Shown here in pieces: positions 42,394-51,539 of a stretch of DNA of 64,000 nt (positions are counted from its first letter, which is position 1; the number at the start of each line of letters is the position of its first letter). Source of the DNA: Escherichia coli. Lineage in GTDB: Bacteria; Pseudomonadota; Gammaproteobacteria; Enterobacterales; Enterobacteriaceae. The stretch lies in the NCBI RefSeq assembly GCF_030384885.1, contig NZ_CP128613.1. The stretch is one strand, 5' to 3'. Under the pieces are notes generated by a model. It saw only the letters and a program-made list of their open reading frames with translations, was not told where the DNA came from and did not search any database. A program made the translations under genes and the position numbers.

Positions 42394-42855
42394 ATGACAC
42401 ACGATAATAAATTGCAGGTTGAAGCTATTAAACGCGGCACGGTAATTGACCATATCCCCGCCCAGATCGGTTTTAAGCTATTGAGTCTGTTCAAGCTGAC
42501 CGAAACGGATCAGCGCATCACCATTGGTCTGAACCTGCCTTCTGGCGAGATGGGGCGCAAGGATCTGATCAAAATCGAAAATACCTTTTTAAGTGAGGAT
42601 CAGGTTGATCAACTGGCGTTATATGCACCGCAAGCCACGGTTAACCGTATCGACAACTATGAAGTGGTGGGTAAATCGCGCCCCAGTCTGCCAGAGCGCA
42701 TCGACAATGTGCTGGTCTGCCCGAACAGCAACTGTATCAGCCATGCCGAACCGGTTTCATCCAGCTTTGCCGTGCGAAAACGCGCCAATGATATCGCGCT
42801 CAAATGCAAATACTGTGAAAAAGAGTTTTCCCATAATGTGGTGCTGGCCAATTAA
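42394..42855 (+). CDS. pyrI: Aspartate carbamoyltransferase regulatory subunit PyrI
   Basis: 153 aa, C-terminal zinc domain with four cysteines (CPNSNC...CKYCEKEF). Confidence 0.97.
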
Positions 42856-42872
42856 TTGCGGTTGGTAATAAA

Positions 42873-42904
42873 AGTCTGGCTCCCTATAATGAGCCAGACT
42901 TTTT
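42873..42904 (+). terminator. Rho-independent terminator after pyrI
   Basis: Stem AGTCTGGCTC / GAGCCAGACT followed by TTTT. Confidence 0.7.
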
Positions 42905-42927
42905 ACCGCTGTAATAAAGGAGAAATC

Positions 42928-43314
42928 ATGAGCAAAACTATCGCGACGGAAAATGCACCGGCAGCTATCGGTCCTTACGTACAGGGCGTTGATCTGGGCA
43001 ATATGATCATCACCTCCGGTCAGATCCCGGTAAATCCGAAAACGGGCGAAGTACCGGCAGACGTCGCTGCACAGGCACGTCAGTCGCTGGATAACGTAAA
43101 AGCGATCGTCGAAGCCGCTGGCCTGAAAGTGGGCGATATCGTTAAAACCACCGTGTTTGTGAAAGATCTGAACGACTTCGCAACCGTAAACGCTACCTAC
43201 GAAGCGTTCTTCACCGAGCACAATGCCACCTTCCCGGCACGTTCTTGCGTTGAAGTTGCCCGTCTGCCGAAAGACGTGAAGATTGAGATCGAAGCGATCG
43301 CTGTTCGTCGCTAA
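42928..43314 (+). CDS. ridA: Enamine/imine deaminase RidA (YjgF)
   Basis: 128 aa from MSKTIATENAPAAIGPYVQG; RBS AAGGAG; ORF-track upstream extension trimmed. Confidence 0.95.
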   Translation: MSKTIATENAPAAIGPYVQGVDLGNMIITSGQIPVNPKTGEVPADVAAQARQSLDNVKAIVEAAGLKVGDIVKTTVFVKDLNDFATVNATYEAFFTEHNATFPARSCVEVARLPKDVKIEIEAIAVRR

Positions 43315-43380
43315 TCTCTTTCAAAAAGATAATCCAGGTTTCGCGCCTGGATTATCTGATTCAACCACGGAGGGTTGAAG

Positions 43381-43836
43381 ATGGCTAAATCCCGTTTCAC
43401 AGATAAGCAAATTGCTGAAATTTTACAGCGGTCAAAAGAGGGGGCATCTAATAAGGAGCTTTGTGAACACTATCAATTTAGCGTTAACACGCTGCGGCGC
43501 TGGCAAGAACAGCACGCTGACGGCATCAGAAGCGAATTAAAAAAAATAGAATCTAAAGCACAGATCGTCTTTCTGCTTTTCATTGCTATTGTCATTATAC
43601 TCACGCTTATATTTGGTAAACCTACAGGTGGATGGGCAATACCGCCTTTATTACTCTATTGTGTTTATTATATCCGCCTGTATCGCAACATCTCCGCCAG
43701 ACATATAAAAAAAGAAGACATTTTTCTCTCTCGTTCTGTTAATAACAGCTATAGCGCCCTTTATAATTTGAGCTGGACGTTTATTTGTTTTTTTATTTTT
43801 GCAGTAATCTATTTTTTTATTCAGGTGTTTTCGTAA
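43381..43836 (+). CDS. Hypothetical small protein: transposase-like N-terminal HTH fused to AT-rich hydrophobic C-terminus
   Basis: ATG 43381 with RBS GGAGGG; N-terminus FTDKQIAEILQRSKEGASNKELCEHYQFSVNTLRRWQ resembles IS-family OrfA HTH; C-terminal half predicted transmembrane and AT-rich. Confidence 0.5.
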   Translation: MAKSRFTDKQIAEILQRSKEGASNKELCEHYQFSVNTLRRWQEQHADGIRSELKKIESKAQIVFLLFIAIVIILTLIFGKPTGGWAIPPLLLYCVYYIRLYRNISARHIKKEDIFLSRSVNNSYSALYNLSWTFICFFIFAVIYFFIQVFS

Positions 43837-43880
43837 CAGACTGACCTGAAAGAGTATTTCAGGCCAGCTTCATCACTTGC

Positions 43881-46577
43881 TTACTGCCAGCCGTAACGAC
43901 GGCTATAGAACCCTTTCACCAACTGGGTTAACGTCATATACCCTGCCAGAATCGCAACCAGCCACGGGAAATAGCTTAACGGCAGCGCCTGCAGTTGCAG
44001 ATAACTGGCCAACGGCGAAAACGGCAATGCGATCCCGACTATCATCACAATCACGGTCATGATCATTAACGGCCACGATGCACAGCTCTGAATAAACGGT
44101 ACACGACGGGTACGGATCATATGCACAATCAGCGTTTGCGACAGTAATCCCACCACAAACCAGCCCGACTGGAACAGCGTTTGCGTTTCCGGCGTGTTGG
44201 CATGGAATACCCACCACATCAGGCAAAACGTCAGAATATCGAAGATCGAACTGATCGGTCCGAAGAAGATCATAAAGCGCCCCAAATCCGCCGGATTCCA
44301 ACGCTGAGGCTTTTGAACTTGCTCGTCGTCGACGTTATCAAACGGGATCGCCACCTGTGACACATCGTACAGCAGGTTCTGGATCAGTAAGTGTAAAGGC
44401 AGCATCGGCAGGAAGGGCAAGAAAGCACTCGCCACCAGCACGCTGAACACATTACCGAAGTTAGAACTCGCCGTCATTTTGATGTATTTCAGCATGTTGG
44501 CGAAAGTGCGACGTCCCTCAATAACCCCCTCCTCCAGCACCATCAGGCTTTTTTCCAGCAGGATGATATCAGCCGCTTCACGGGCAATATCTACCGCGCC
44601 GTCCACAGAAATGCCGATATCCGCAGCGCGTAAGGCGGGAGCATCATTAATACCATCGCCCATAAAGCCAACCACATGCCCTTCGCGCTTTAGCAAGGTC
44701 ACGATGCGTTCTTTATGCATCGGCGTCAGGCGAGCAAACAGCGTGGTGCGCTGTGCAAGATTTGCCAGTTCGTCGTCAGATAGCGTTTCAATATCACTAC
44801 CAATGACCACCTCTCCCGCGTCCAGTCCCACTTCATGGCACACTTTCGCCGCCACTAACTCGCTGTCGCCAGTAAGGATTTTCACGGTAATGCCACTCGC
44901 TTTTAATGCCTTCAGTGCCGGAGCTGTTGTCTCTTTCGGCGGATCAAGGAAAGCAATATATCCTTCGAGGATCAGGTCGGATTCATCCGCCCGCTGGTAA
45001 TCCCCTTCACGTGCTGGCAGGTATTTCGTCGCCACCGCAACCACGCGCAGCCCCTGACGATTCAGCGTATCAGTAACCCGCTTAATCTTACGCAGTATGA
45101 TGTCATCAAGCGGCACAATCTCACCATTGTGACGCACCTGCGAACACACATTGAGGATTTCCTGCAATGCGCCTTTGCAAACCAGTTGATGATGTTCGGT
45201 ATTCTCTGCCACTACCACCGACATCCGGCGACGCTCGAAATCAAACGGAATCTCATCAATTTTTTGCCAACGACTGGCCAGCGAGCGCGCTGACTCTTCA
45301 TCCGTACCTTCGAGCACCGCTGTATCAAGCAGGTTTTTAAGTCCGGTCTGATAATGACTGTTCAACCACGCGCTATGCAGCACCCGTTCGCTGGTTTTAC
45401 CGGAGATATCGGTATGATTCTCCAGCACAATTTTATCCTGCGTCAGGGTGCCGGTTTTATCAGTGCACAGAATATCCATAGCGCCAAAGTTCTGAATGGC
45501 ATCCAGATGTTTGACGATCACTTTCTGTTTCGACAGCTTTACGGCACCACGCGCCAGCGTCGAAGTGACAATCATCGGCAACATTTCTGGCGTTAAGCCT
45601 ACCGCGACCGAAAGTGCGAACAGTGCCGCTTCCCACCAGTCACCTTTGGTGTAACCGTTGATCAGCAACACCACCGGAGCCATCACCAGCATAAAGCGAA
45701 TCAGCAGCATACTGACGCGGCTAATCCCTTGCTGAAAGGCATTCGGCTCGCTTTCCTGCTCACTAACACGCCCCGCCAGTTGACCAAACCAGGTGTTGGC
45801 TCCTGTAGCAATCACCATTGCTTGTGCCGTGCCGCTCACCACGGTGGTACCCATAAAACACAGGGTGTCGCACTCCAGCGGATTGCTGTGCTCCGGCTGG
45901 CGAGTGGTAGCAGCTTTTTCCACGGGCAGAGACTCACCGGTTAACGACGCCTGAGCGACAAACAGATCCCGCGCCTGCAAGATACGTAAATCTGCCGGGA
46001 TCATATCCCCCGCCGCCAGTTTTATAATATCGCCGGGCACTAGTTGGTCTATCGGAATTTCCAGCCAGCCATTTTCACCTTTATCGTTAATTACGCGCAG
46101 TACCGTCGCGGTATTACTGACCATCGCTTTCAGGGCATCTGCCGCTTTGGTGGAACGAGCTTCCTGAATAAAGTTCAGCAACGTAGAAATAGCGACCATT
46201 AGCGCGATAACACCTGCGGCAAATAAATCTTCCGTGGCGTAAGAAATAGCACCGAGAATGGTGAGCAAAATATTAAAGGGGTTGCGATAGCAGACCCATA
46301 AATGTACCCACCACGGCGACGGTTGTTGCGCGGGTAATTTATTTTCACCATGTTGTTCGCGGGCAGATTCCACTTCCGCCTGATTTAACCCTTCCGGATG
46401 GGTATTGAACGTTTTCCATAATTCCTGTTCTGGCATCACCGCCATTTTCAGGCAATGCGCACTTAAGGACGGCGGGACCGCCGTATTCACTGTCTGCTGC
46501 GCGCCAGGCAATGGATCGCGATGAACCAGACGGGAAGGTAAATGGCGAATGAGCCGGGTAAAAATTTCTTTAAACAT
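43881..46577 (-). CDS. mgtA: Mg2+-importing P-type ATPase MgtA
   Basis: 898 aa, P-type ATPase motifs DKTGTLT and GDGINDAPAL. Confidence 0.97.
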   Translation of the reverse strand: MFKEIFTRLIRHLPSRLVHRDPLPGAQQTVNTAVPPSLSAHCLKMAVMPEQELWKTFNTHPEGLNQAEVESAREQHGENKLPAQQPSPWWVHLWVCYRNPFNILLTILGAISYATEDLFAAGVIALMVAISTLLNFIQEARSTKAADALKAMVSNTATVLRVINDKGENGWLEIPIDQLVPGDIIKLAAGDMIPADLRILQARDLFVAQASLTGESLPVEKAATTRQPEHSNPLECDTLCFMGTTVVSGTAQAMVIATGANTWFGQLAGRVSEQESEPNAFQQGISRVSMLLIRFMLVMAPVVLLINGYTKGDWWEAALFALSVAVGLTPEMLPMIVTSTLARGAVKLSKQKVIVKHLDAIQNFGAMDILCTDKTGTLTQDKIVLENHTDISGKTSERVLHSAWLNSHYQTGLKNLLDTAVLEGTDEESARSLASRWQKIDEIPFDFERRRMSVVVAENTEHHQLVCKGALQEILNVCSQVRHNGEIVPLDDIILRKIKRVTDTLNRQGLRVVAVATKYLPAREGDYQRADESDLILEGYIAFLDPPKETTAPALKALKASGITVKILTGDSELVAAKVCHEVGLDAGEVVIGSDIETLSDDELANLAQRTTLFARLTPMHKERIVTLLKREGHVVGFMGDGINDAPALRAADIGISVDGAVDIAREAADIILLEKSLMVLEEGVIEGRRTFANMLKYIKMTASSNFGNVFSVLVASAFLPFLPMLPLHLLIQNLLYDVSQVAIPFDNVDDEQVQKPQRWNPADLGRFMIFFGPISSIFDILTFCLMWWVFHANTPETQTLFQSGWFVVGLLSQTLIVHMIRTRRVPFIQSCASWPLMIMTVIVMIVGIALPFSPLASYLQLQALPLSYFPWLVAILAGYMTLTQLVKGFYSRRYGWQ

Positions 46578-46850
46578 AAGGAGTCCCTCCGCACTGACTG
46601 AAACAGTGCAGAAATGTCTTCAGGCGTGGCGAAGCCTTACCTGAAGGTAATAAAGCTGAGCTGGGACGTTAAAACGTCACGGCCTTACGCATCCGGTAAC
46701 GCCGTGAAAAGACGGGCTTACCGGAAAAGTTTTAATCTCCGTCGAGGGAGAGGCGTGGGATCAGGTTCCATATAACCTCCGATAAGTGAAAAAAGCGCCG
46801 CAAATAATAAGGAGAATCCAATAATATTCGTGGCATTTATGGCGATATAA
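46578..46850 (-). promoter_or_regulatory. mgtA 5' leader (Mg2+/proline-sensing regulatory leader containing mgtL)
   Basis: Long leader upstream of mgtA containing the proline-rich mgtL ORF; established for mgtA. Confidence 0.7.
46718..46771 (-). CDS. mgtL: mgtA leader peptide MgtL
   Basis: 17-aa [20 protein letters not shown] with GGAGG RBS, inside the mgtA leader. Confidence 0.85.
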
Positions 46851-46953
46851 TACCTACTGGCAACTAAACCAACGATAAACCAGACTTTACCCATTGCTGA
46901 ATGCACGGGTAAAGTTAGGCTCAAATAATGAAACGCAATTACGGGACAACAGG

Positions 46954-47901
46954 ATGCAAAATCGGCTGACCATCAAAGACATCGCGCGCTTAAGCGGCGT
47001 GGGGAAATCTACGGTTTCCCGAGTGCTGAATAACGAAAGCGGCGTGAGTCAGCGCACGCGCGAGCGCGTGGAAGCAGTGATGAATCAGCATGGATTTTCC
47101 CCTTCCCGCTCCGCGCGCGCTATGCGTGGGCAAAGCGATAAAGTGGTCGCCATCATTGTTACCCGTCTGGATTCGTTGTCAGAAAATCTCGCCGTCCAAA
47201 CCATGCTGCCAGCGTTCTATGAACAAGGTTACGACCCGATCATGATGGAAAGTCAGTTTTCTCCGCAATTAGTTGCCGAACATTTGGGGGTGCTGAAACG
47301 GCGTAATATCGACGGCGTAGTGCTGTTCGGTTTTACCGGCATAACCGAAGACATGTTAGCCCACTGGCAGTCATCGCTGGTTCTGCTGGCGCGTGACGCA
47401 AAAGGCTTTGCTTCGGTCTGTTATGACGACGAAGGGGCAATCAAGATCCTGATGCAACGGCTGTATGACCAGGGGCATCGTAATATCAGTTATCTCGGCG
47501 TACCGCACAGTGACGTGACGACCGGTAAGCGACGTCACGAAGCCTACCTGGCGTACTGCAAAGCGCATAAACTTCATCCCGTCGCCGCCCTGCCAGGCCT
47601 TGCGATGAAGCAAGGCTATGAGAATGTCGCAAAAGTGATTACCCCTGAAACCACCGCGTTACTGTGCGCAACCGACACGCTGGCACTTGGCGCAAGTAAA
47701 TACTTGCAAGAGCAACGCATCGACACCTTGCAACTGGCGAGCGTCGGTAATACACCGTTAATGAAATTCCTCCATCCGGAGATCGTCACCGTTGACCCAG
47801 GTTACGCCGAAGCCGGACGCCAGGCGGCCAGCCAGTTAATTGCGCAGGTAACCGGGCGCAGCGAACCGCAACAAATCATCATCCCTGCCACCCTATCCTG
47901 A
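46954..47901 (+). CDS. treR: Trehalose operon repressor TreR (LacI family)
   Basis: 315 aa from MQNRLTIKDIARLSGVGKSTVSRVLNNE (LacI-type HTH). Confidence 0.95.
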   Translation: MQNRLTIKDIARLSGVGKSTVSRVLNNESGVSQRTRERVEAVMNQHGFSPSRSARAMRGQSDKVVAIIVTRLDSLSENLAVQTMLPAFYEQGYDPIMMESQFSPQLVAEHLGVLKRRNIDGVVLFGFTGITEDMLAHWQSSLVLLARDAKGFASVCYDDEGAIKILMQRLYDQGHRNISYLGVPHSDVTTGKRRHEAYLAYCKAHKLHPVAALPGLAMKQGYENVAKVITPETTALLCATDTLALGASKYLQEQRIDTLQLASVGNTPLMKFLHPEIVTVDPGYAEAGRQAASQLIAQVTGRSEPQQIIIPATLS

Positions 47902-47940
47902 TCGTTTCCTGAACGATAAATTGTGATCTTCGCTGCGTTT

Positions 47941-47954
47941 CGGGAACGTTCCCG
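47941..47954. promoter_or_regulatory. Candidate TreR operator (LacI-family type palindrome) upstream of treB
   Basis: Perfect 14-bp palindrome CGGGAACGTTCCCG, 66 bp upstream of treB; a second inverted repeat ATCGTT...AACGAT at 47901-47917. Confidence 0.5.
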
Positions 47955-48019
47955 TTTTTAAATTTTTCCGCGCACTATATTCTGCAGCCAACCAAAAATG
48001 TCATCTGCCATGGGGCTTT

Positions 48020-49441
48020 ATGATGAGCAAAATAAACCAAACGGATATCAATCGGTTGATTGAACTGGTCGGCGGTCGCGGCAATATTGCGACGGTGAGC
48101 CACTGTATTACTCGCCTGCGCTTTGTCCTCAACCAACCGGCCAATGCCAGACCGAAAGAGATTGAGCAACTCCCCATGGTGAAAGGCTGTTTCACCAATG
48201 CCGGGCAATTTCAGGTGGTAATTGGCACCAACGTGGGTGATTACTATCAAGCGCTGATAGCGACGACCGGACAGGCGCAGGTTGATAAAGAGCAGGTGAA
48301 AAAAGCTGCCCGGCAGAATATGAAATGGCATGAGCAGTTGATCTCTCATTTCGCGGAGATCTTCTTCCCGCTGCTGCCCGCGTTGATTAGTGGTGGTTTG
48401 ATCCTCGGTTTTCGCAATGTGATCGGCGATTTGCCCATGAGCAACGGTCAAACGCTGGCGCAAATGTACCCTTCCCTGCAAACGATCTACGATTTTCTAT
48501 GGTTGATCGGTGAAGCGATCTTCTTCTACCTGCCGGTCGGAATTTGCTGGTCAGCGGTGAAAAAAATGGGCGGCACGCCGATCCTCGGTATCGTGCTTGG
48601 CGTGACGCTGGTTTCCCCACAGTTGATGAACGCTTATCTGCTCGGGCAGCAGCTACCGGAAGTATGGAACTTTGGCATGTTCAGCATCGCCAAAGTGGGC
48701 TATCAGGCACAGGTTATTCCGGCACTGTTAGCCGGGCTGGCGCTGGGCGTGATAGAAACTCGCCTTAAGCGTATCGTGCCGGATTATCTCTATCTGGTGG
48801 TGGTGCCGGTCTGTTCGCTGATCCTCACGGTGTTCCTCGCCCATGCGCTGATTGGTCCGTTTGGTCGCATGATTGGCGATGGCGTTGCCTTTGCGGTGCG
48901 TCACCTGATGACCGGCAGCTTTGCCCCCATTGGTGCGGCATTGTTTGGCTTCCTTTACGCACCGCTGGTGATCACCGGCGTACACCAGACCACGCTTGCT
49001 ATAGATTTGCAGATGATTCAAAGCATGGGTGGCACGCCAGTGTGGCCGCTTATTGCGCTGTCGAATATCGCTCAGGGCTCCGCCGTGATAGGCATTATCA
49101 TTTCCAGCCGCAAGAGCAATGAACGCGAGATCTCCGTGCCTGCCGCTATCTCCGCCTGGCTTGGGGTCACTGAGCCTGCAATGTACGGCATCAACCTGAA
49201 ATATCGCTTCCCGATGCTGTGCGCGATGATTGGTTCTGGTCTGGCAGGATTACTATGCGGTCTGAACGGCGTTATGGCGAATGGCATCGGCGTAGGCGGC
49301 CTGCCGGGAATTCTCTCTATTCAACCGAGCTACTGGCAAGTGTTTGCGCTGGCAATGGCTATCGCCATCATCATCCCGATTGTACTCACCTCGTTTATCT
49401 ACCAGCGGAAATACCGCCTGGGTACGCTGGACATTGTTTAA
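48020..49441 (+). CDS. treB: PTS trehalose-specific EIIBC component TreB
   Basis: 473 aa, EIIB cysteine motif (ATVSHCITRLR) and EIIC membrane domain. Confidence 0.97.
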   Translation: MMSKINQTDINRLIELVGGRGNIATVSHCITRLRFVLNQPANARPKEIEQLPMVKGCFTNAGQFQVVIGTNVGDYYQALIATTGQAQVDKEQVKKAARQNMKWHEQLISHFAEIFFPLLPALISGGLILGFRNVIGDLPMSNGQTLAQMYPSLQTIYDFLWLIGEAIFFYLPVGICWSAVKKMGGTPILGIVLGVTLVSPQLMNAYLLGQQLPEVWNFGMFSIAKVGYQAQVIPALLAGLALGVIETRLKRIVPDYLYLVVVPVCSLILTVFLAHALIGPFGRMIGDGVAFAVRHLMTGSFAPIGAALFGFLYAPLVITGVHQTTLAIDLQMIQSMGGTPVWPLIALSNIAQGSAVIGIIISSRKSNEREISVPAAISAWLGVTEPAMYGINLKYRFPMLCAMIGSGLAGLLCGLNGVMANGIGVGGLPGILSIQPSYWQVFALAMAIAIIIPIVLTSFIYQRKYRLGTLDIV

Positions 49442-49449
49442 TTTTCTTC

Positions 49450-49467
49450 GGGGCGCAATTGCGCCCC
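49450..49467. repeat. Perfect 18-bp palindrome between treB and treC (intercistronic stem-loop)
   Basis: GGGGCGCAATTGCGCCCC; no T-run follows. Confidence 0.8.
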
Positions 49468-49490
49468 CTCGTATTTGCAGGAATAACGTA

Positions 49491-51146
49491 ATGACGAATC
49501 TTCCCCACTGGTGGCAAAACGGCGTTATCTACCAGATTTATCCCAAGAGTTTTCAGGACACCACGGGCAGCGGTACCGGCGATTTACGTGGCGTTATCCA
49601 ACGCCTGGACTATCTGCATCAACTGGGCGTCGATGCTATCTGGCTAACCCCCTTTTATGTCTCTCCCCAGGTCGATAACGGATACGACGTAGCGAACTAT
49701 ACGGCGATAGATCCCACTTACGGTACGCTGGACGATTTTGACGAAATGGTGACGCAGGCGAAATCACGCGGCATTCGTATCATTCTCGATATGGTGTTTA
49801 ATCATACTTCTACCCAACATGCCTGGTTTCGCGAGGCGCTGAGCAAAGAAAGCCCTTACCGTCAGTTTTATATCTGGCGCGATGGTGAACCAGAAACGCC
49901 ACCGAATAACTGGCGTTCAAAATTTGGCGGTAGTGCGTGGCGCTGGCATGCGGAAAGCGAACAGTACTATTTGCATCTCTTTGCACCAGAACAGGCGGAT
50001 CTCAACTGGGAGAATTCGGCGGTACGCGCCGAGCTGAAAAAAGTCTGTGAGTTCTGGGCCGATCGCGGGGTCGACGGGTTGCGCCTGGATGTGGTGAATC
50101 TGATCTCCAAAGACCCGCGTTTCCCTGAAGACCTGGATGGCGACGGACGTCGCTTCTACACCGACGGGCCACGAGCACACGAGTTTTTGCACGAGATGAA
50201 CCGCGATGTGTTTACGCCTCGCGGGTTAATGACCGTGGGTGAAATGTCCTCCACTAGCCTTGAGCATTGCCAGCGATACGCGGCTCTGACAGGCAGTGAA
50301 TTGTCGATGACCTTTAATTTTCATCACCTGAAGGTCGATTATCCCGGTGGTGAAAAATGGACGCTGGCTAAACCTGACTTTGTGGCGTTGAAAGCATTGT
50401 TCCGCCACTGGCAACAAGGAATGCACAACGTGGCATGGAATGCCTTGTTCTGGTGTAACCACGATCAGCCGCGCATTGTTTCTCGTTTTGGTGATGAAGG
50501 GGACTACCGCGAACCTGCGGCAAAAATGCTGGCGATGGTGCTGCATGGCATGCAGGGAACGCCATATATCTATCAGGGCGAAGAGATTGGCATGACTAAT
50601 CCACATTTCACGCGCATTACTGACTATCGCGACGTGGAGAGCCTCAATATGTTTGCCGAACTGCGCAACGATGGGCGTGACGCCGACGAGTTATTGGCAA
50701 TCCTCGCCAGTAAATCCCGTGACAATAGTCGCACGCCAATGCAATGGAGCAACGGCGATAATGCCGGGTTTACAACGGGTGAACCGTGGATTGGCCTGGG
50801 CGATAACTATCAAGAAATCAACGTAGAAGCTGCGCTGGCCGATGAGTCCTCGGTGTTTTACACCTACCAAAAGTTAATCGCACTGCGTAAGCAAGAAGCC
50901 GTCCTGACATGGGGCAATTACCAGGATCTGCTGCCAGACAGCCCTGTATTGTGGTGCTATCGCCGTGAATGGAAGGGGCAAACCTTGCTGGTCATTGCCA
51001 ACCTTAGCCGTGAGATCCAACCCTGGCAGCCAGGGCAAATGCGCGGAAACTGGCAGCTTGTGATGCATAACTACGAAGAAGCCTCAGCACAACCCTGTGC
51101 CATGACTTTACGGCCTTTTGAGGCCGTCTGGTGGTTACAGAAGTAA
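49491..51146 (+). CDS. treC: Trehalose-6-phosphate hydrolase TreC (GH13)
   Basis: 551 aa from MTNLPHWWQNGVIYQIYPKSF; ORF-track upstream extension trimmed. Confidence 0.97.
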   Translation: MTNLPHWWQNGVIYQIYPKSFQDTTGSGTGDLRGVIQRLDYLHQLGVDAIWLTPFYVSPQVDNGYDVANYTAIDPTYGTLDDFDEMVTQAKSRGIRIILDMVFNHTSTQHAWFREALSKESPYRQFYIWRDGEPETPPNNWRSKFGGSAWRWHAESEQYYLHLFAPEQADLNWENSAVRAELKKVCEFWADRGVDGLRLDVVNLISKDPRFPEDLDGDGRRFYTDGPRAHEFLHEMNRDVFTPRGLMTVGEMSSTSLEHCQRYAALTGSELSMTFNFHHLKVDYPGGEKWTLAKPDFVALKALFRHWQQGMHNVAWNALFWCNHDQPRIVSRFGDEGDYREPAAKMLAMVLHGMQGTPYIYQGEEIGMTNPHFTRITDYRDVESLNMFAELRNDGRDADELLAILASKSRDNSRTPMQWSNGDNAGFTTGEPWIGLGDNYQEINVEAALADESSVFYTYQKLIALRKQEAVLTWGNYQDLLPDSPVLWCYRREWKGQTLLVIANLSREIQPWQPGQMRGNWQLVMHNYEEASAQPCAMTLRPFEAVWWLQK

Positions 51147-51158
51147 GTATCCGCTAAG

Positions 51159-51188
51159 CCCCGGTAATACTGGTCATTCCGGGGTTTT
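51159..51188 (+). terminator. Rho-independent terminator after treC
   Basis: Stem CCCCGG...CCGGGG followed by TTTT. Confidence 0.7.
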
Positions 51189-51290
51189 GCCTTTCAGTAT
51201 GTTGTTTTTGTTGATTTTATAATCAAAAAATTCATTAAAAAATTTACATAACGCTGTAGCGCCCGTCATCCGTACGCTCTGCTTTTTACT

Positions 51291-51335
51291 TTGAGCTACA
51301 TCAAAAAAAGTTCAAACATCCTTGATGCAAAGCAC
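51291..51335. promoter_or_regulatory. Tandem FNR-like sites in the nrdDG promoter
   Basis: TTGAGCTACATCAA (51291-51304) and weaker TTGATGCAAAGCAC (51322-51335), centres 31 bp apart. Confidence 0.6.
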
Positions 51336-51378
51336 TATATATAGACTTTAAAATGCGCCCCGACCCAATATGTTGTAT
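51332..51378. promoter_or_regulatory. Two NrdR-box-like palindromes overlapping the nrdD promoter
   Basis: gcaCTATATATAGact (51332-51347) and accCAATATGTTGtat (51363-51378), 31 bp start to start. Confidence 0.5.
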
Positions 51379-51427
51379 TAATCGACTATAATTGCTACTA
51401 CAGCTCCCCACGAAAAAGGTGCGGCGT

Positions 51428-51513
51428 TGTGGATAAGCGGATGGCGATTGCGGAAAGCACCGGAAAACGAAACGAAAAAACCGGAAAACGCCTTTCCCAA
51501 TTTCTGTGGATAA
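51428..51513 (+). promoter_or_regulatory. Two perfect DnaA-box 9-mers in the nrdD 5' leader
   Basis: TGTGGATAA (reverse complement of TTATCCACA) at 51428-51436 and 51505-51513, same orientation, 77 bp apart, 27-112 bp upstream of nrdD ATG. Confidence 0.6.
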
Positions 51514-51539
51514 CCTGTTCTTAAAAATATGGAGCGATC

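Noticed and set aside
43381-43836. Intact insertion sequence
   Set aside because: Only an HTH-like N-terminus is present; no DDE transposase ORF and no terminal inverted repeats, so not annotated as a mobile element
51211-51226. TTGATTTTATAATCAA as an FNR site
   Set aside because: Half-sites are separated by 6 nt rather than the canonical 4; the sites at 51291-51335 fit FNR spacing better
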